From Ferroacidibacillus organovorans (GTDB lineage Bacteria; Bacillota; Bacilli; Alicyclobacillales; SLC66), in NCBI RefSeq assembly GCF_001642725.1, contig NZ_LSUQ01000001.1:62001-126000 (forward strand): a DNA stretch of 64,000 nt. Direction: 5' to 3'. The notes under the pieces are model-generated. The model searched no databases, had not been told where the DNA came from, and worked only from the letters and a program-made list of their open reading frames with translations. The position numbers and the translations under genes are program-made. This document shows, piece after piece, positions 28,694 through 38,958 of the stretch; within the stretch, counting starts at the first letter, position 1, and each line of letters starts with the position of its first letter.

Positions 28694-30472
28694 ATGGAAG
28701 AGACAAATAAAAGAGAAATTGGCGCAGCGTTCTTTGTGGAAGAAAGTGACTATAACCTGTTGTTCACGCCTGAAGATTTTAGCGATGAGCATCGCATGAT
28801 CGCAAAAACGACAGCTGATTTTGTGAACGGGGAGGTCGTACCAGTCAGTGAACAACTTGAGCACCAAGATTGGGAACTTACGAAAAGGCTCTTGCAAAAG
28901 GCAGGGGAACTTGGTTTGCTGGCGGCGGATGTTCCGGAGAGCTTCGATGGGTTGGGATTAGACAAGGTGAGCTCTTCGCTGATCGGCGAGTATATGACGC
29001 GCGGCGGTTCATTTGCACTTTCACACGGTGCGCATGTAGGGATTGGGACACTTCCCATTGTATATTTTGGCACGGATGAACAGAAGAAAAAATATCTTCC
29101 TGACTTGGCTGCGGGCAAAAAATTTGCTGCGTATGCGTTAACGGAGCCGGGGTCTGGCTCGGATGCACTCGGCGCGCGAACCACTGCAAGGCTGTCTGAT
29201 GACGGCAAGCATTACATTTTAAACGGCCAAAAGCAGTATATTACGAACTCAGCGTTCGCTGATTTGTTTGTCGTCTACGCAAAAATCGATGGTGACAAGT
29301 TTTCAGCTTTTATCGTGGAGCGCAATTATCCTGGTGTTAGCACTGGCCTTGAAGAGAAGAAGATGGGAATCAAAGCGTCGTCGACGCGCCCCCTAATTCT
29401 TGAAGATGTTCACGTTCCAGTTGAAAATTTACTGGGTGAAGTGGGTAAAGGGCATGTGATCGCTTTTAACATTCTAAACATCGGACGCTATAAATTGGCG
29501 GTTGGCTGCGTCGGCGGAAGTAAGGAGGCGCTTCAAACGGCTGTCGCATACGCCAAGACACGGGAGCAGTTTAAACGGCCAATCGCATCATTCCCATTGA
29601 TTGGTGGGAAAATTTCGGATATGGCAGCGCGAACGTTTGTTGCGGAATCGATCGCCTATCGCACGACGGGCGCAATTGACGCGGCACTCTCGGCGTCTGA
29701 CCTGACGGGCGCGGACGCTGGACGCGTCGCTGCAAAAGCGATTGAGGAGTTTGCGATTGAGTGTTCGATCAACAAAGTGTTTGGCTCAGAGGTTCTCGAT
29801 TTCGTCGTTGATGAAGGGGTCCAGATTCACGGAGGTGCCGGTTTTATCCAGGATTATCCGATCGAGCGGATGTATCGCGATTCTCGTATCAATCGAATTT
29901 TTGAGGGAACAAATGAGATTAATCGCTTGCTCGTTCCGGGGACGCTTATGCGAAAAGCTCTGAAAGGTGAAGTTGCGCTCTTACAGGCTGCGACGAAAGT
30001 ACAAGGCGAGATGATGTCGACGCTGGAACTGCCTGATGAGGATGTTGAACTTGGCGCAGAAACGTATGCAACAAAGATGACCAGGAAGATTTTTTTGATG
30101 GTTGGCGGAATGGCCGTGCAGAAATACGGGCAAGCGCTTGATCGCGAACAAGAGGTACTGGCGAATCTTGCAGATCTCGGCATTGCACTCTATTCGATGG
30201 AGAGCGCATTGCTTCGCGCGAAAAAAACGGCGGTAAATGGCGGAGCCCGCGCAGCGTTACAGGCAAATTATGTGAAACTTTTTGTGGCAGAGACGTTCCC
30301 ACGTGTTGAGGCTATTGCACGCGACACACTGGCTGCCATGGAAGAGGGGGATGCTCTAAAGACGGCGCTCACCCTCCTGAAAAAATTGACTCGATACACA
30401 CCTAAAAATACAGTGGCGCTTAAACGCGCGATAGCAAAAGAAACGATCGAGGCGGGACGCTATCTCGCATAA
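28694..30472 (+). CDS. fadE: Acyl-CoA dehydrogenase
   Basis: LTEPGSGSDA, EKKMGI..SST, QIHGG.GF, RIFEGTNEINR. Confidence 0.93.
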   Translation: MEETNKREIGAAFFVEESDYNLLFTPEDFSDEHRMIAKTTADFVNGEVVPVSEQLEHQDWELTKRLLQKAGELGLLAADVPESFDGLGLDKVSSSLIGEYMTRGGSFALSHGAHVGIGTLPIVYFGTDEQKKKYLPDLAAGKKFAAYALTEPGSGSDALGARTTARLSDDGKHYILNGQKQYITNSAFADLFVVYAKIDGDKFSAFIVERNYPGVSTGLEEKKMGIKASSTRPLILEDVHVPVENLLGEVGKGHVIAFNILNIGRYKLAVGCVGGSKEALQTAVAYAKTREQFKRPIASFPLIGGKISDMAARTFVAESIAYRTTGAIDAALSASDLTGADAGRVAAKAIEEFAIECSINKVFGSEVLDFVVDEGVQIHGGAGFIQDYPIERMYRDSRINRIFEGTNEINRLLVPGTLMRKALKGEVALLQAATKVQGEMMSTLELPDEDVELGAETYATKMTRKIFLMVGGMAVQKYGQALDREQEVLANLADLGIALYSMESALLRAKKTAVNGGARAALQANYVKLFVAETFPRVEAIARDTLAAMEEGDALKTALTLLKKLTRYTPKNTVALKRAIAKETIEAGRYLA

Positions 30473-30503
30473 ACGATGTAAGTGAATAGGATAGACGGAG
30501 GAC

Positions 30504-30538
30504 AAAAGCCCGCAGCGTTTCTGACGCCGCGGGCTTTT
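30504..30538. terminator. Bidirectional intrinsic terminator
   Basis: AAAAGCCCGC...GCGGGCTTTT between convergent genes. Confidence 0.8.
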
Positions 30539-30553
30539 ACGAGTGAGAATGGG

Positions 30554-31414
30554 TTAGATGACATGCTCTGCAGAAAGGAAAGCGGGACGCCAGACAGATT
30601 GAATGAGAATGATATCCGCCGCGTCAAGAATGTTTGGCGCGTGGAAGAGGCGCGGCGAATGCGCGGGGAGAACCATGTGGTGATTGTGTAACGGGTGAGT
30701 GTGTGAAGTAAAAAAAGTGACTGCACGTTTATGTCGCGCATAGGTACGTTGTATAATACGTCTGTCATACGCGTGACCATGCATGTATGGGTGTGCATTG
30801 GCGCGAAGAATTCCTTTCATCATCGAACGCATGGAGTAAGGAAGGACATAAACAATCTGGTTTCTTTTTCGTCCAAATTGAAGCGCGGTGTTTTCGCTGC
30901 GAAAAAATACATCAATGTGAGTGCCTGTAATGGCGCCTCCCGTATCGTCAGCGATGCGAAACCCTACACCTGGGATGTAGAGAACGGAGCCGTATGGGAT
31001 CACATTTGGGTCGACAGCGACCGTAATTCCTTGAATGGTCGTGTCACCTGTGGCAGTCACTCCGTATGACGGGGTTCCTGGGTGCTTTCCGGTGGATGCA
31101 AAGCCATCTGTGTATGCTGTTAATGTGCTCACAATGGCTCGCGTGCCAGACGGCGCGAAGGGAAGCGTTTGCGGAATCTGTAACTGTTGTCCTGTTTGAA
31201 TGAGATTAGGATGATTGATCCGATTCAGCTTCACAAGTGTCTCGACAGACGTTTTAAAGCGCTTTGCGATCGTTTGGAGTGTATTGCCTGGTTGAATGCG
31301 GTATACAATCACGGCAGTTGGTTGCGTGTGCGTGTGAATCTGCGAAGTTTGAAGTGAGGTATTCGCCTGTGTCATCATTGCGACAGACGCGATCCACCCG
31401 ATGATCCGTCTCAT
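30554..31414 (-). CDS. LysM + 3D domain cell-wall protein with His-rich C-terminal tail
   Basis: Y.IQPGNTL..IAKRF LysM; TAY...AVDP.VIPYGS...DTGGAI....IDVF 3D domain. Confidence 0.88.
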   Translation of the reverse strand: MRRIIGWIASVAMMTQANTSLQTSQIHTHTQPTAVIVYRIQPGNTLQTIAKRFKTSVETLVKLNRINHPNLIQTGQQLQIPQTLPFAPSGTRAIVSTLTAYTDGFASTGKHPGTPSYGVTATGDTTIQGITVAVDPNVIPYGSVLYIPGVGFRIADDTGGAITGTHIDVFFRSENTALQFGRKRNQIVYVLPYSMRSMMKGILRANAHPYMHGHAYDRRIIQRTYARHKRAVTFFTSHTHPLHNHHMVLPAHSPRLFHAPNILDAADIILIQSVWRPAFLSAEHVI

Positions 31415-31506
31415 ACATCTCTCTCCTAGTTTATGACGTTAGCTATAGACTTGCCAAGAATGGCGAGAGTTAAACAGCCAAATCTGAAAATGAAATTTAG
31501 GAGTGT

Positions 31507-31896
31507 ATGGTGTTGATCAAGCTGATCGGATTTCTCATTGTCATAGCGGTCGTCATCTATCTCTTTTCGCTGCGCAGGCGTAAAGGTGATTTTTCGTTTC
31601 GCATAAGAAAAGTAAAGCGTCACGTGTCAGATCTGCTGTCACTCTCGATCAAATTGCGGACGGAGGCTGAGTTTGCCGCACTTGAGCGTCCTGATGAGAT
31701 AAAGCAAGTGGTTCACTGGCTTGACGAGTGCAGTGGTCCTCTCGTCGAAATAAAAGAGGCGCTCGATCGCTTAGAGCAGCGCGCCAAATCGTGGACGGAT
31801 GCATCTGATCTGTATGTGGATATCGGGATCCAGGAAGAGGCGTTGGAAAAAATTCAACCGCTGCTTATGAAAGCGAAACAAACACTCGGCGCATAA
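31507..31896 (+). CDS. Hypothetical protein (N-terminal TM + helical domain)
   Basis: SD AGGAG; hydrophobic anchor followed by a basic patch. Confidence 0.65.
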   Translation: MVLIKLIGFLIVIAVVIYLFSLRRRKGDFSFRIRKVKRHVSDLLSLSIKLRTEAEFAALERPDEIKQVVHWLDECSGPLVEIKEALDRLEQRAKSWTDASDLYVDIGIQEEALEKIQPLLMKAKQTLGA

Positions 31897-31962
31897 ACAC
31901 GCGTTTTGGCTATGAAACTTCGTCATCTGTACTCAGCCTTCTCCTTGTGTGCTAGAATAGAT

Positions 31963-31982
31963 TTGACTGAGCGCTCGCTCAA
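31963..31982. promoter_or_regulatory. Candidate TetR operator
   Basis: TTGACTGAGCGCTCGCTCAA imperfect palindrome just downstream of the TAGAAT -10 element and upstream of the TetR gene. Confidence 0.55.
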
Positions 31983-32008
31983 GAACCTTATTCTCGGGAG
32001 TTGGTACA

Positions 32009-32635
32009 GTGTCCATTCATAAAATTGCCACGCCCGTAAAGGATCTCGAGTTAGTTCGAGTGCGGCGGGAACAGATTGTCAATGCGGCGACTACGCTTTT
32101 CTTAAAAAAGGGATATCACCGCACAACGACGCGCGAAATTGCCAGGGAAAGTGGGTTGGGTACGGGTACGCTTTATGAGTACATCGGATCCAAAGAAGAC
32201 ATCCTCCTTTTGGTGTGTGACATGATTCACTCACAAGTGGAGGTAAAACTTCATGCAACAACGCCGAACGGAATGACCATGGCCGAAGCGTTTCCGGGTC
32301 TTCTGAAAAATTTCTTTCATGCGATTGATGACGTGCAAGATCTCGTTGTTTTGATTTATCAAGAGACGCGCTCGTTGCCAAAAGACTACATGCGTGCGGT
32401 GCTGGCTCGTGAACAAGGCATTAGCGACTATTTTGCAAAACTTTTGCAGCGCGGCATTGAGGATGGTTCATTTACACTCGCGCGTGAGCTTGTGATGCTG
32501 ATGGCACACAACATCACAGTGCTCGGACAGATGTGGGCGTTTCGCAGATGGTCGATTCATCGCTCGTATACGTTGGATACTTTCACTGAAACACAAACTT
32601 CACTCATCATGCGGGAACTGTGTTCGGCGACATAG
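32009..32635 (+). CDS. TetR/AcrR family regulator
   Basis: AA..LF..KGYH.TT.REIA..SGL..GTLYEYI.SKED HTH. Confidence 0.93.
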   Translation: MSIHKIATPVKDLELVRVRREQIVNAATTLFLKKGYHRTTTREIARESGLGTGTLYEYIGSKEDILLLVCDMIHSQVEVKLHATTPNGMTMAEAFPGLLKNFFHAIDDVQDLVVLIYQETRSLPKDYMRAVLAREQGISDYFAKLLQRGIEDGSFTLARELVMLMAHNITVLGQMWAFRRWSIHRSYTLDTFTETQTSLIMRELCSAT

Positions 32636-32715
32636 GTGTCGTCACAGTTGGGGTCGTATCGACCTACTGTTAGGTCGCGTGAGTTGACTCGACGAGAAGC
32701 GAGGAGAGATTCGCT

Positions 32716-35700
32716 GTGGAGATGCAGACCATGAATGAAAAGCCGTATTTTCCGAAACACCATGTGCGCTTCGTGACAGCCTCAAGCCTGTTTGACGGAC
32801 ATGATGCTTCCATTAATATCATGCGCAGGATTCTACAGGCAAGCGGAGTTGAAGTGATCCATCTCGGACACAATCGGTCGGTGGCGGATGTCGTGAAAGC
32901 GGCGATTGAAGAGGATGCTCAAGCGATTGCCATCAGCTCCTATCAAGGAGGACACGTTGAATACTTTCGCTACATGATCGATCTTTTAAACTCGCTTGGC
33001 GCCTCCCATATCCATGTTTTTGGCGGCGGCGGCGGCGTGATCGTTAAGCGTGAGATCGATGCATTGCACGACTATGGCGTCGCGCGCATTTATTCCCCTG
33101 AAGACGGAAGGATGCTTGGGCTTCAGGGGATGATCAATGAGATGATTCGTATCAGCGACCACGATACTCCGCGTCATCGCGCGCTAAAATGGGTGGAAGA
33201 AGGCGCTTCTGGAAATCTGGTCTGGAATCATCAAGATGTAGCAGAATGGATCACACAAGTCGAAGATCGCGTGTCAGGCGCAGTGTTTAAATCCCTCCTG
33301 TCAAAAATCAGAAAGGAAGATGCGCAGGATGATTCGGCGCGTATTCCGGTGGTTGGCCTAACCGGCACAGGGGGTTCCGGTAAAAGTTCCTTGACCGATG
33401 AACTGACACGACGCTTTCTTACCTATTTTCCGTCAAAGAGGATCGCCATTCTGTCGGTGGACCCTACGCGCCAAAAAACAGGTGGAGCACTTCTTGGGGA
33501 CCGCATTCGTATGAACGCGATCGATCATCCGAACGTGTATATGCGATCCTTTGCTACACGCACCTCAAACTCTGAGATCTCGCTCGCGCTCAGTGACGCC
33601 ATTGACGTGTGCCGCGCTGCCCAATTTGACATCATTCTCGTTGAAACGAGCGGCATTGGACAAGGGGACGCCGCCATCGTCTCGCTTTGTGACATAAGCA
33701 TCTATGTGATGACATCAGAATTTGGAGCGCCCTCACAGCTCGAAAAAATTGACATGCTCGATTATGCCGATTTTATCGCGATCAACAAATTTGACCGTCG
33801 CGGATCGATGGACGCTTTGCGTGATGTGCGAAAGCAGTTGCAGCGCAATCGCGGGTGGTTTGAGCGTGACCTAGAGTCGCTACCTGTGTATGGGACCATG
33901 GCGAGCTCATACCGTGATGAAGGCGTCCAGAAGCTGTTCTATGACTTGACGGATGAAATTGCCGTCCGCTTTGACGCATCGTTTACCGTCAAGGACCGAG
34001 TGACGGTGAACACGATGTCTCGGCACGCCATCCTTTCGACGGATCGTCAGGCTTATTTGTTTGACGTGGTCAAAACGATCAAACAGTACAAGGCGAACAC
34101 CGAGAAGTTTGCAGATGCGGCAACCGCATGGTTTCAGATTGAAGGTGCGCGAAAGCGCCTTGGCCATCTGCTCGATGATGCGGCGATTCGCGTTCTAGAG
34201 GGACAAAGCGAAGCACTGCGCGACACGCTTCCTCGCCAGCTTGTGACGCAAATTGAAGAGATCCCCTCGCTTTTGGAGCGATATACTCAAGATGAGTACG
34301 TGACGATCATTCGCGAACGCGAGATTCGCACACCGCTGTTTGTGCGCTCGCTCTCTAACACGCGCATCCCTAAAGTGGCGCTTCCGTCTTTTCGCGACTA
34401 CGGGGATTGGGTGCGCTTTTTGCGTGCGGAGAATGTGCCAGGGGCATTTCCATTTACGGCAGGCGTTTTTCCGCTGAAGCGAACAGAGGAAGAACCGCGC
34501 CGCCAATTTGCGGGTGAAGGGACGCCTGAGCGAACGAATCGTCGGTTCCACTACCTCTCTCAGAATGACACTGCCAAGCGGCTGTCGACCGCGTTTGACA
34601 GCGTGACGCTCTATGGTGAGGATCCCGCTGAGCGTCCTGATATCTATGGAAAAATTGGTGAGAGTGGCGTGAGCGTCTGTACGCTCGATGATATGGACCA
34701 GCTCTTTGACGGTTTTGACTTGACGCATCCGTCCACCTCCGTTTCGATGACGATCAACGGACCTGCCCCGATTCTGCTCGCTATGTTTTTTAACACGGCG
34801 ATTCGACAGCAGGAGGCAGTGTTTGAGCAACGCGAAGGTCGTCAGCCTACGGAACTTGAAAAAGAAGAGCTGAAATGGGCGACACTGCGTCACGTACGGG
34901 GCACGGTTCAAGCGGACATTTTGAAAGAGGATCAAGGTCAGAATACGTGCATTTTTTCCACCGATTTTGCGCTTCGGATGATGGGGGATATACAACAGTA
35001 TTTTGTGGATCATGCTATTACTAACTACTATTCTGTATCAATCAGCGGTTATCACATCGCAGAGGCAGGAGCCAATCCGATTTCCCAACTCGCGTTTACG
35101 CTGTCCAACGCCTTCACGTATGTGGAGTATTATCTGAGTCGCGGTATGAAGATTGATGACTTTGCGGCAAATCTCTCCTTTTTCTTCAGCAATGGGATGG
35201 ATCCTGAATACACCGTCATGGGGCGTGTCGCGCGTCGTATCTGGGCAATTGCCATGCGCGATCTCTACGGTGGATCGGAACGCAGTCAAAAGCTTAAATA
35301 TCACATTCAGACGTCCGGGAGGTCGCTGCACGCGCAGGAAATCGATTTTAACGATATCCGAACGACGCTTCAGGCGCTTCTTGCCATTTATGACAATTGC
35401 AATTCGCTGCACACAAACGCTTACGATGAAGCGATCACCACCCCCACAGAAGAGAGTGTGCGGCGAGCGATGGCGATTCAGATGATCATCAACCGCGAGT
35501 TCGGGCTCACGATGAATGAGAACCCGCTGCAAGGCTCGTATCTCGTCGAACAACTGACCGATCTCGTGGAAGAGGCGGTGCTCGCTGAATTTCTGAGAAT
35601 AAATGACCGCGGCGGCGTTCTTGGCGCCATGGAGACACAGTACCAACGAGGAAAAATACAGGAAGAGTCGCTGGAGTACGAAATGCAAAAGCACTCAGGA

Positions 35701-35997
35701 GCCTTGCCGATTGTTGGGGTTAATACATTTTTGCGTCCAAGTGGCGAATCGATGGTGAAAGACATCCCGCTTGCGAGGGCGACGCCTGAAGAGAAACAAT
35801 TGCAGATCGATCATCTTCGCGCGTTTCAAGAGCGACACCGCGGTGCGGTCTTGGATGCGCTTGATCGCCTCAAACAAACTGCGCTTGAGGGTGGAAACTT
35901 GTTTGCAGAGCTGATGGAGACGGTGAAAGTGGCTAGTCTCGGTCAAATTACGGAAGCGCTCTACGTGGTCGGTGGCCAGTACCGACGAAATATGTAA
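32716..35997 (+). CDS. icmF: Fused isobutyryl-CoA mutase/GTPase
   Basis: B12-binding FDGHD, MeaB-like GTPase [16 protein letters not shown], mutase domain [22 protein letters not shown] end. Confidence 0.96.
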   Translation: MEMQTMNEKPYFPKHHVRFVTASSLFDGHDASINIMRRILQASGVEVIHLGHNRSVADVVKAAIEEDAQAIAISSYQGGHVEYFRYMIDLLNSLGASHIHVFGGGGGVIVKREIDALHDYGVARIYSPEDGRMLGLQGMINEMIRISDHDTPRHRALKWVEEGASGNLVWNHQDVAEWITQVEDRVSGAVFKSLLSKIRKEDAQDDSARIPVVGLTGTGGSGKSSLTDELTRRFLTYFPSKRIAILSVDPTRQKTGGALLGDRIRMNAIDHPNVYMRSFATRTSNSEISLALSDAIDVCRAAQFDIILVETSGIGQGDAAIVSLCDISIYVMTSEFGAPSQLEKIDMLDYADFIAINKFDRRGSMDALRDVRKQLQRNRGWFERDLESLPVYGTMASSYRDEGVQKLFYDLTDEIAVRFDASFTVKDRVTVNTMSRHAILSTDRQAYLFDVVKTIKQYKANTEKFADAATAWFQIEGARKRLGHLLDDAAIRVLEGQSEALRDTLPRQLVTQIEEIPSLLERYTQDEYVTIIREREIRTPLFVRSLSNTRIPKVALPSFRDYGDWVRFLRAENVPGAFPFTAGVFPLKRTEEEPRRQFAGEGTPERTNRRFHYLSQNDTAKRLSTAFDSVTLYGEDPAERPDIYGKIGESGVSVCTLDDMDQLFDGFDLTHPSTSVSMTINGPAPILLAMFFNTAIRQQEAVFEQREGRQPTELEKEELKWATLRHVRGTVQADILKEDQGQNTCIFSTDFALRMMGDIQQYFVDHAITNYYSVSISGYHIAEAGANPISQLAFTLSNAFTYVEYYLSRGMKIDDFAANLSFFFSNGMDPEYTVMGRVARRIWAIAMRDLYGGSERSQKLKYHIQTSGRSLHAQEIDFNDIRTTLQALLAIYDNCNSLHTNAYDEAITTPTEESVRRAMAIQMIINREFGLTMNENPLQGSYLVEQLTDLVEEAVLAEFLRINDRGGVLGAMETQYQRGKIQEESLEYEMQKHSGALPIVGVNTFLRPSGESMVKDIPLARATPEEKQLQIDHLRAFQERHRGAVLDALDRLKQTALEGGNLFAELMETVKVASLGQITEALYVVGGQYRRNM

Positions 35998-36124
35998 AGA
36001 ATTGTTAAAGGTTGTGTGGATCGTCGACATTGAGAGACAGGTTTCGTACCGTATGCGGACGAAACCTGTCTTCTTGTGGTACAATCTTCGCGTTAGAATG
36101 ATCCGACTGGGAGGTTCCTATTCA

Positions 36125-36973
36125 ATGCATGTATCGCAGACCCTGATTTTTGCTCTTATTCAGGGGATCACAGAACTCTTCCCGATCAGTAGTGTCGGCC
36201 ACGGAGTTCTTCTTCCGTATCTCCTTCATTGGCCAAACGTTCAGGCGAATCCAGCGTTTTTACCCTACCTCGTCTTGCTTCATGTAGGTACGGCTGTGGC
36301 GCTGCTCATCTACTTTTTTCGCGACTGGCTCACGTTTCTTATCGCTCTCTTTGCGAAAGACAGTAAGTCTTCTGTTGTTGCCAAGCGACAACGCATCGCG
36401 CGCAAAGAGTTTATCTTGCTTGTTGTTGGTACCATTCCTGCAGTGATTATTGGCGGGCTCGGTGCGAAAAAGTTTGCGAGTTTGTTTGCCACACCGCGCG
36501 TCGCAATGATTTTTCTCATCGTAAACGGCATCATTCTCATCCTGGGCGATCGACTGTTAAAGCGAAAAGGCAACCGCAACATGGATGATCTTAATTTCAA
36601 AGAAATTCTGGTCATCGGTGTACTGGAGTCTCTTGCATTGATTCCGGGATTTTCTCGCTCTGCCATGACGATGATTGGCGGATTGATGTACGGTCTTCGC
36701 TACGAAGCGGCGGCACGTCTTAGTTTCCTCCTCGCAACACCCGTCATCCTTGGTGCAGCTGTCAAAGAACTGCCGAAGCTCCACAATAACCACACCATGC
36801 TCACAATGGGGCTGCTCGGCGGCTTGGTTGCCGGGATTGCTGCATACGCGAGTGTTTGGTTCTTAATGCGCTACTTTAAAACACACGAAATTAAGGCGCT
36901 CCGTCCATTTGGATACTATTGCGTTGGATTGGGTGGACTCGTGTTAATCTATAGTTTCTTTGTCGTAGGGTAA
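36125..36973 (+). CDS. uppP: Undecaprenyl-diphosphate phosphatase (BacA type)
   Basis: QGITELFPISSVGH, PGFSRS, AARLSFLL. Confidence 0.93.
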   Translation: MHVSQTLIFALIQGITELFPISSVGHGVLLPYLLHWPNVQANPAFLPYLVLLHVGTAVALLIYFFRDWLTFLIALFAKDSKSSVVAKRQRIARKEFILLVVGTIPAVIIGGLGAKKFASLFATPRVAMIFLIVNGIILILGDRLLKRKGNRNMDDLNFKEILVIGVLESLALIPGFSRSAMTMIGGLMYGLRYEAAARLSFLLATPVILGAAVKELPKLHNNHTMLTMGLLGGLVAGIAAYASVWFLMRYFKTHEIKALRPFGYYCVGLGGLVLIYSFFVVG

Positions 36974-37067
36974 AAAACGTATTGGCGCAGGATATCCCTT
37001 TTTCTAGCGCGTATGACTTGTCGTGCATTAGGCAAGCTACGTGATACGAAAGAAAGGAGGGGATATC

Positions 37068-38375
37068 CTGCGCTTCTTTTTTTTAAAACGACTCTCGACA
37101 GATGCGCGGCGACTGGTTGGATCAAATACGCTCTTTATTGCAGGGTTAGGCCTCTCCGCGACATTTATCAATGTTTACTTATGGCGGGTCGATCGTTCAC
37201 TTTTACCACTGCTCTTGTTCAATGGGTTCCTTGATGTGGGAATCCCCCTCGCTTTTATCTTTTGTGGATTTTTGGCGCATCAGATCAAGGAACCGACACT
37301 TTTACGCATTGGAATTATCGCTGTATCCATCTTTTTTGCAGTTCTACTCCTTGCGGGCAAAGTGGCTGCGCATCACGCTGCATGGCTTGGTTTGTTGTTT
37401 GGTCTTGGTCAGGGATTCTACTGGTATGCGTTTCATGTCGCTTCATTTGATTGTACGCGCTCAGACTCGCGAACCGATTTTCACGCGGTATCCGGTTTTT
37501 TCACATCGCTCGTCGGTATGCTTACACCGTTTGCAGCGGGTCTTATCATTGCGAATTCTGCCAAACTGACTGGATATTCACTGGTTTTCGGCTGTACGTT
37601 TACGCTTTTTGTCATTCTTTTTGTGCAGTCTTTTCGCTTGAAGCATGGCCCGCGTCGCCGCACGGAGTTTGCGGAAGGATTTTGCTTTGCGCGCGATCCG
37701 GACTGGCGAAGGGTTTGGTTTGCAACGGTGAGCTTTGGATTGCGAGAAGGCGTCTATGCATTCGTCATCCCAATACTCGTTTTTTTCTCGTCAAAAACAG
37801 AGGCGGGCGTTGGCGACTACGGGTTGTGGACGGGAATTGTCGCGCTGCTATCGTATGGATGGATTGGGCGGATGAAACGGCACGATTTTCTCAAGCGTTT
37901 TATGATTGTGCCGAGTATCGCGCTCGGAGGATTTGCCTGCGTACTTCTTCTCGGGGTTAAGCCAATCATTTTAACGATCTTTGGGGCGAGTACAGCGCTC
38001 TTGTTTCCATTTGTCATGATTCCATTGACGGCGGTCACTCAGGATGAGATCGATGAGTCAGAACGCTCGAGCGTGCGCCGGGCAGAGTACTTCATCAGTC
38101 GCGAAGTCGCCCTCGGAATCGGGCGTGTGAGCGGGGTACTGCTCCTCTGGGTCACACTCTCAATCGTTCCAGGCGTTCGTGGCGTATTGTTCATTTCGTC
38201 TATTCTTGGATTCGCCTATGTGGTATCGAGCGTATTCATCGCAAAGGTGACGTATACGGACAGGCGCGGAATACGCAGTGGGAGTTCACAGAATGCACAC
38301 ACTCCTCACACGGCAGACGCTGGTGCATTTGTCTCTATGAATCGCAAGGACAAGCGACTGCGTCCTATGCGCTAA
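37068..38375 (+). CDS. MFS transporter (YqgE-like); probable CTG start
   Basis: About 12 TM helices; F.NVYLW, G.GQGFYW and EY...RE..L..GR motifs. Confidence 0.8.
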   Translation: MRFFFLKRLSTDARRLVGSNTLFIAGLGLSATFINVYLWRVDRSLLPLLLFNGFLDVGIPLAFIFCGFLAHQIKEPTLLRIGIIAVSIFFAVLLLAGKVAAHHAAWLGLLFGLGQGFYWYAFHVASFDCTRSDSRTDFHAVSGFFTSLVGMLTPFAAGLIIANSAKLTGYSLVFGCTFTLFVILFVQSFRLKHGPRRRTEFAEGFCFARDPDWRRVWFATVSFGLREGVYAFVIPILVFFSSKTEAGVGDYGLWTGIVALLSYGWIGRMKRHDFLKRFMIVPSIALGGFACVLLLGVKPIILTIFGASTALLFPFVMIPLTAVTQDEIDESERSSVRRAEYFISREVALGIGRVSGVLLLWVTLSIVPGVRGVLFISSILGFAYVVSSVFIAKVTYTDRRGIRSGSSQNAHTPHTADAGAFVSMNRKDKRLRPMR

Positions 38376-38404
38376 AAAACCCGTCAATCATTGACGGGTT
38401 TTTT
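38374..38404. terminator. Bidirectional intrinsic terminator
   Basis: AAAAAACCCGTCAAT-C-ATTGACGGGTTTTTT. Confidence 0.9.
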
Positions 38405-38416
38405 ATGCATTCGTTA

Positions 38417-38650
38417 TTATTTAAAGAAGTCAGCATTCTTTTGAATGAACGACTTTTCTTCATCGGGTACGAAATCTTCTTGAAAAATAGCTGCCACTGG
38501 GCATACCGCTTCGCACGCGCCGCAGTCAATGCACGTATCTGGATCGATGTAGTATTGATCTTCGCCTTCATGAATCGCATCGACTGGGCAAGTTTCAACA
38601 CAGTCGGCTGCTTTTTCACCGATACACGGCGACGTAATGATAAACGCCAT
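38417..38650 (-). CDS. Dicluster ferredoxin (7Fe-type Cys spacing)
   Basis: C-x7-C-x3-CP and CxxCxxCxxxCP; ATG 38650 with SD GAGGGAG. Confidence 0.92.
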   Translation of the reverse strand: MAFIITSPCIGEKAADCVETCPVDAIHEGEDQYYIDPDTCIDCGACEAVCPVAAIFQEDFVPDEEKSFIQKNADFFK

Positions 38651-38770
38651 GATATACACTCCCTCGTTTGCAAGATCCTTGCATGTCTATCATATAATAC
38701 GCCTCATGCTGATTTCAATATCTAAACAGCGATTGAACTGATTTAAAGCAGGATTGGCAAATGGCTCAAT

Positions 38771-38788
38771 TCGTGAATTCTTTCACGA
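38771..38788. promoter_or_regulatory. Rex-like operator
   Basis: TCGTGAA-TTCT-TTCACGA versus Rex consensus TTGTGAA-N4-TTCACAA. Confidence 0.65.
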
Positions 38789-38873
38789 TCTTCGCGTTTC
38801 AGAATACTAGAACAGATGGTTATTTAAGACTCATACAGTTGCGTGTGACATGTTTGTTTTCTTGTTCACTGGA

Positions 38874-38901
38874 TTGACATCATACGCATTCCTGTTATGA
38901 T
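38874..38901 (+). promoter_or_regulatory. SigA-type promoter of ndh
   Basis: TTGACA, 16 nt spacer, TATGAT preceded by TG. Confidence 0.6.
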
Positions 38902-38932
38902 AATTGTGTGTCAAATGCTTATATGAATTTAT

Positions 38933-38950
38933 TTGTGAAATCATAAACAA
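38933..38950. promoter_or_regulatory. Second Rex-like operator
   Basis: TTGTGAA-ATCA-TAAACAA immediately upstream of ndh. Confidence 0.55.
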
Positions 38951-38958
38951 AGTGAAGG

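Noticed and set aside
34195..35694. Long antisense ORFs (272 and 218 aa) opposite icmF
   Set aside because: Shadow ORFs of a conserved gene; no motifs.
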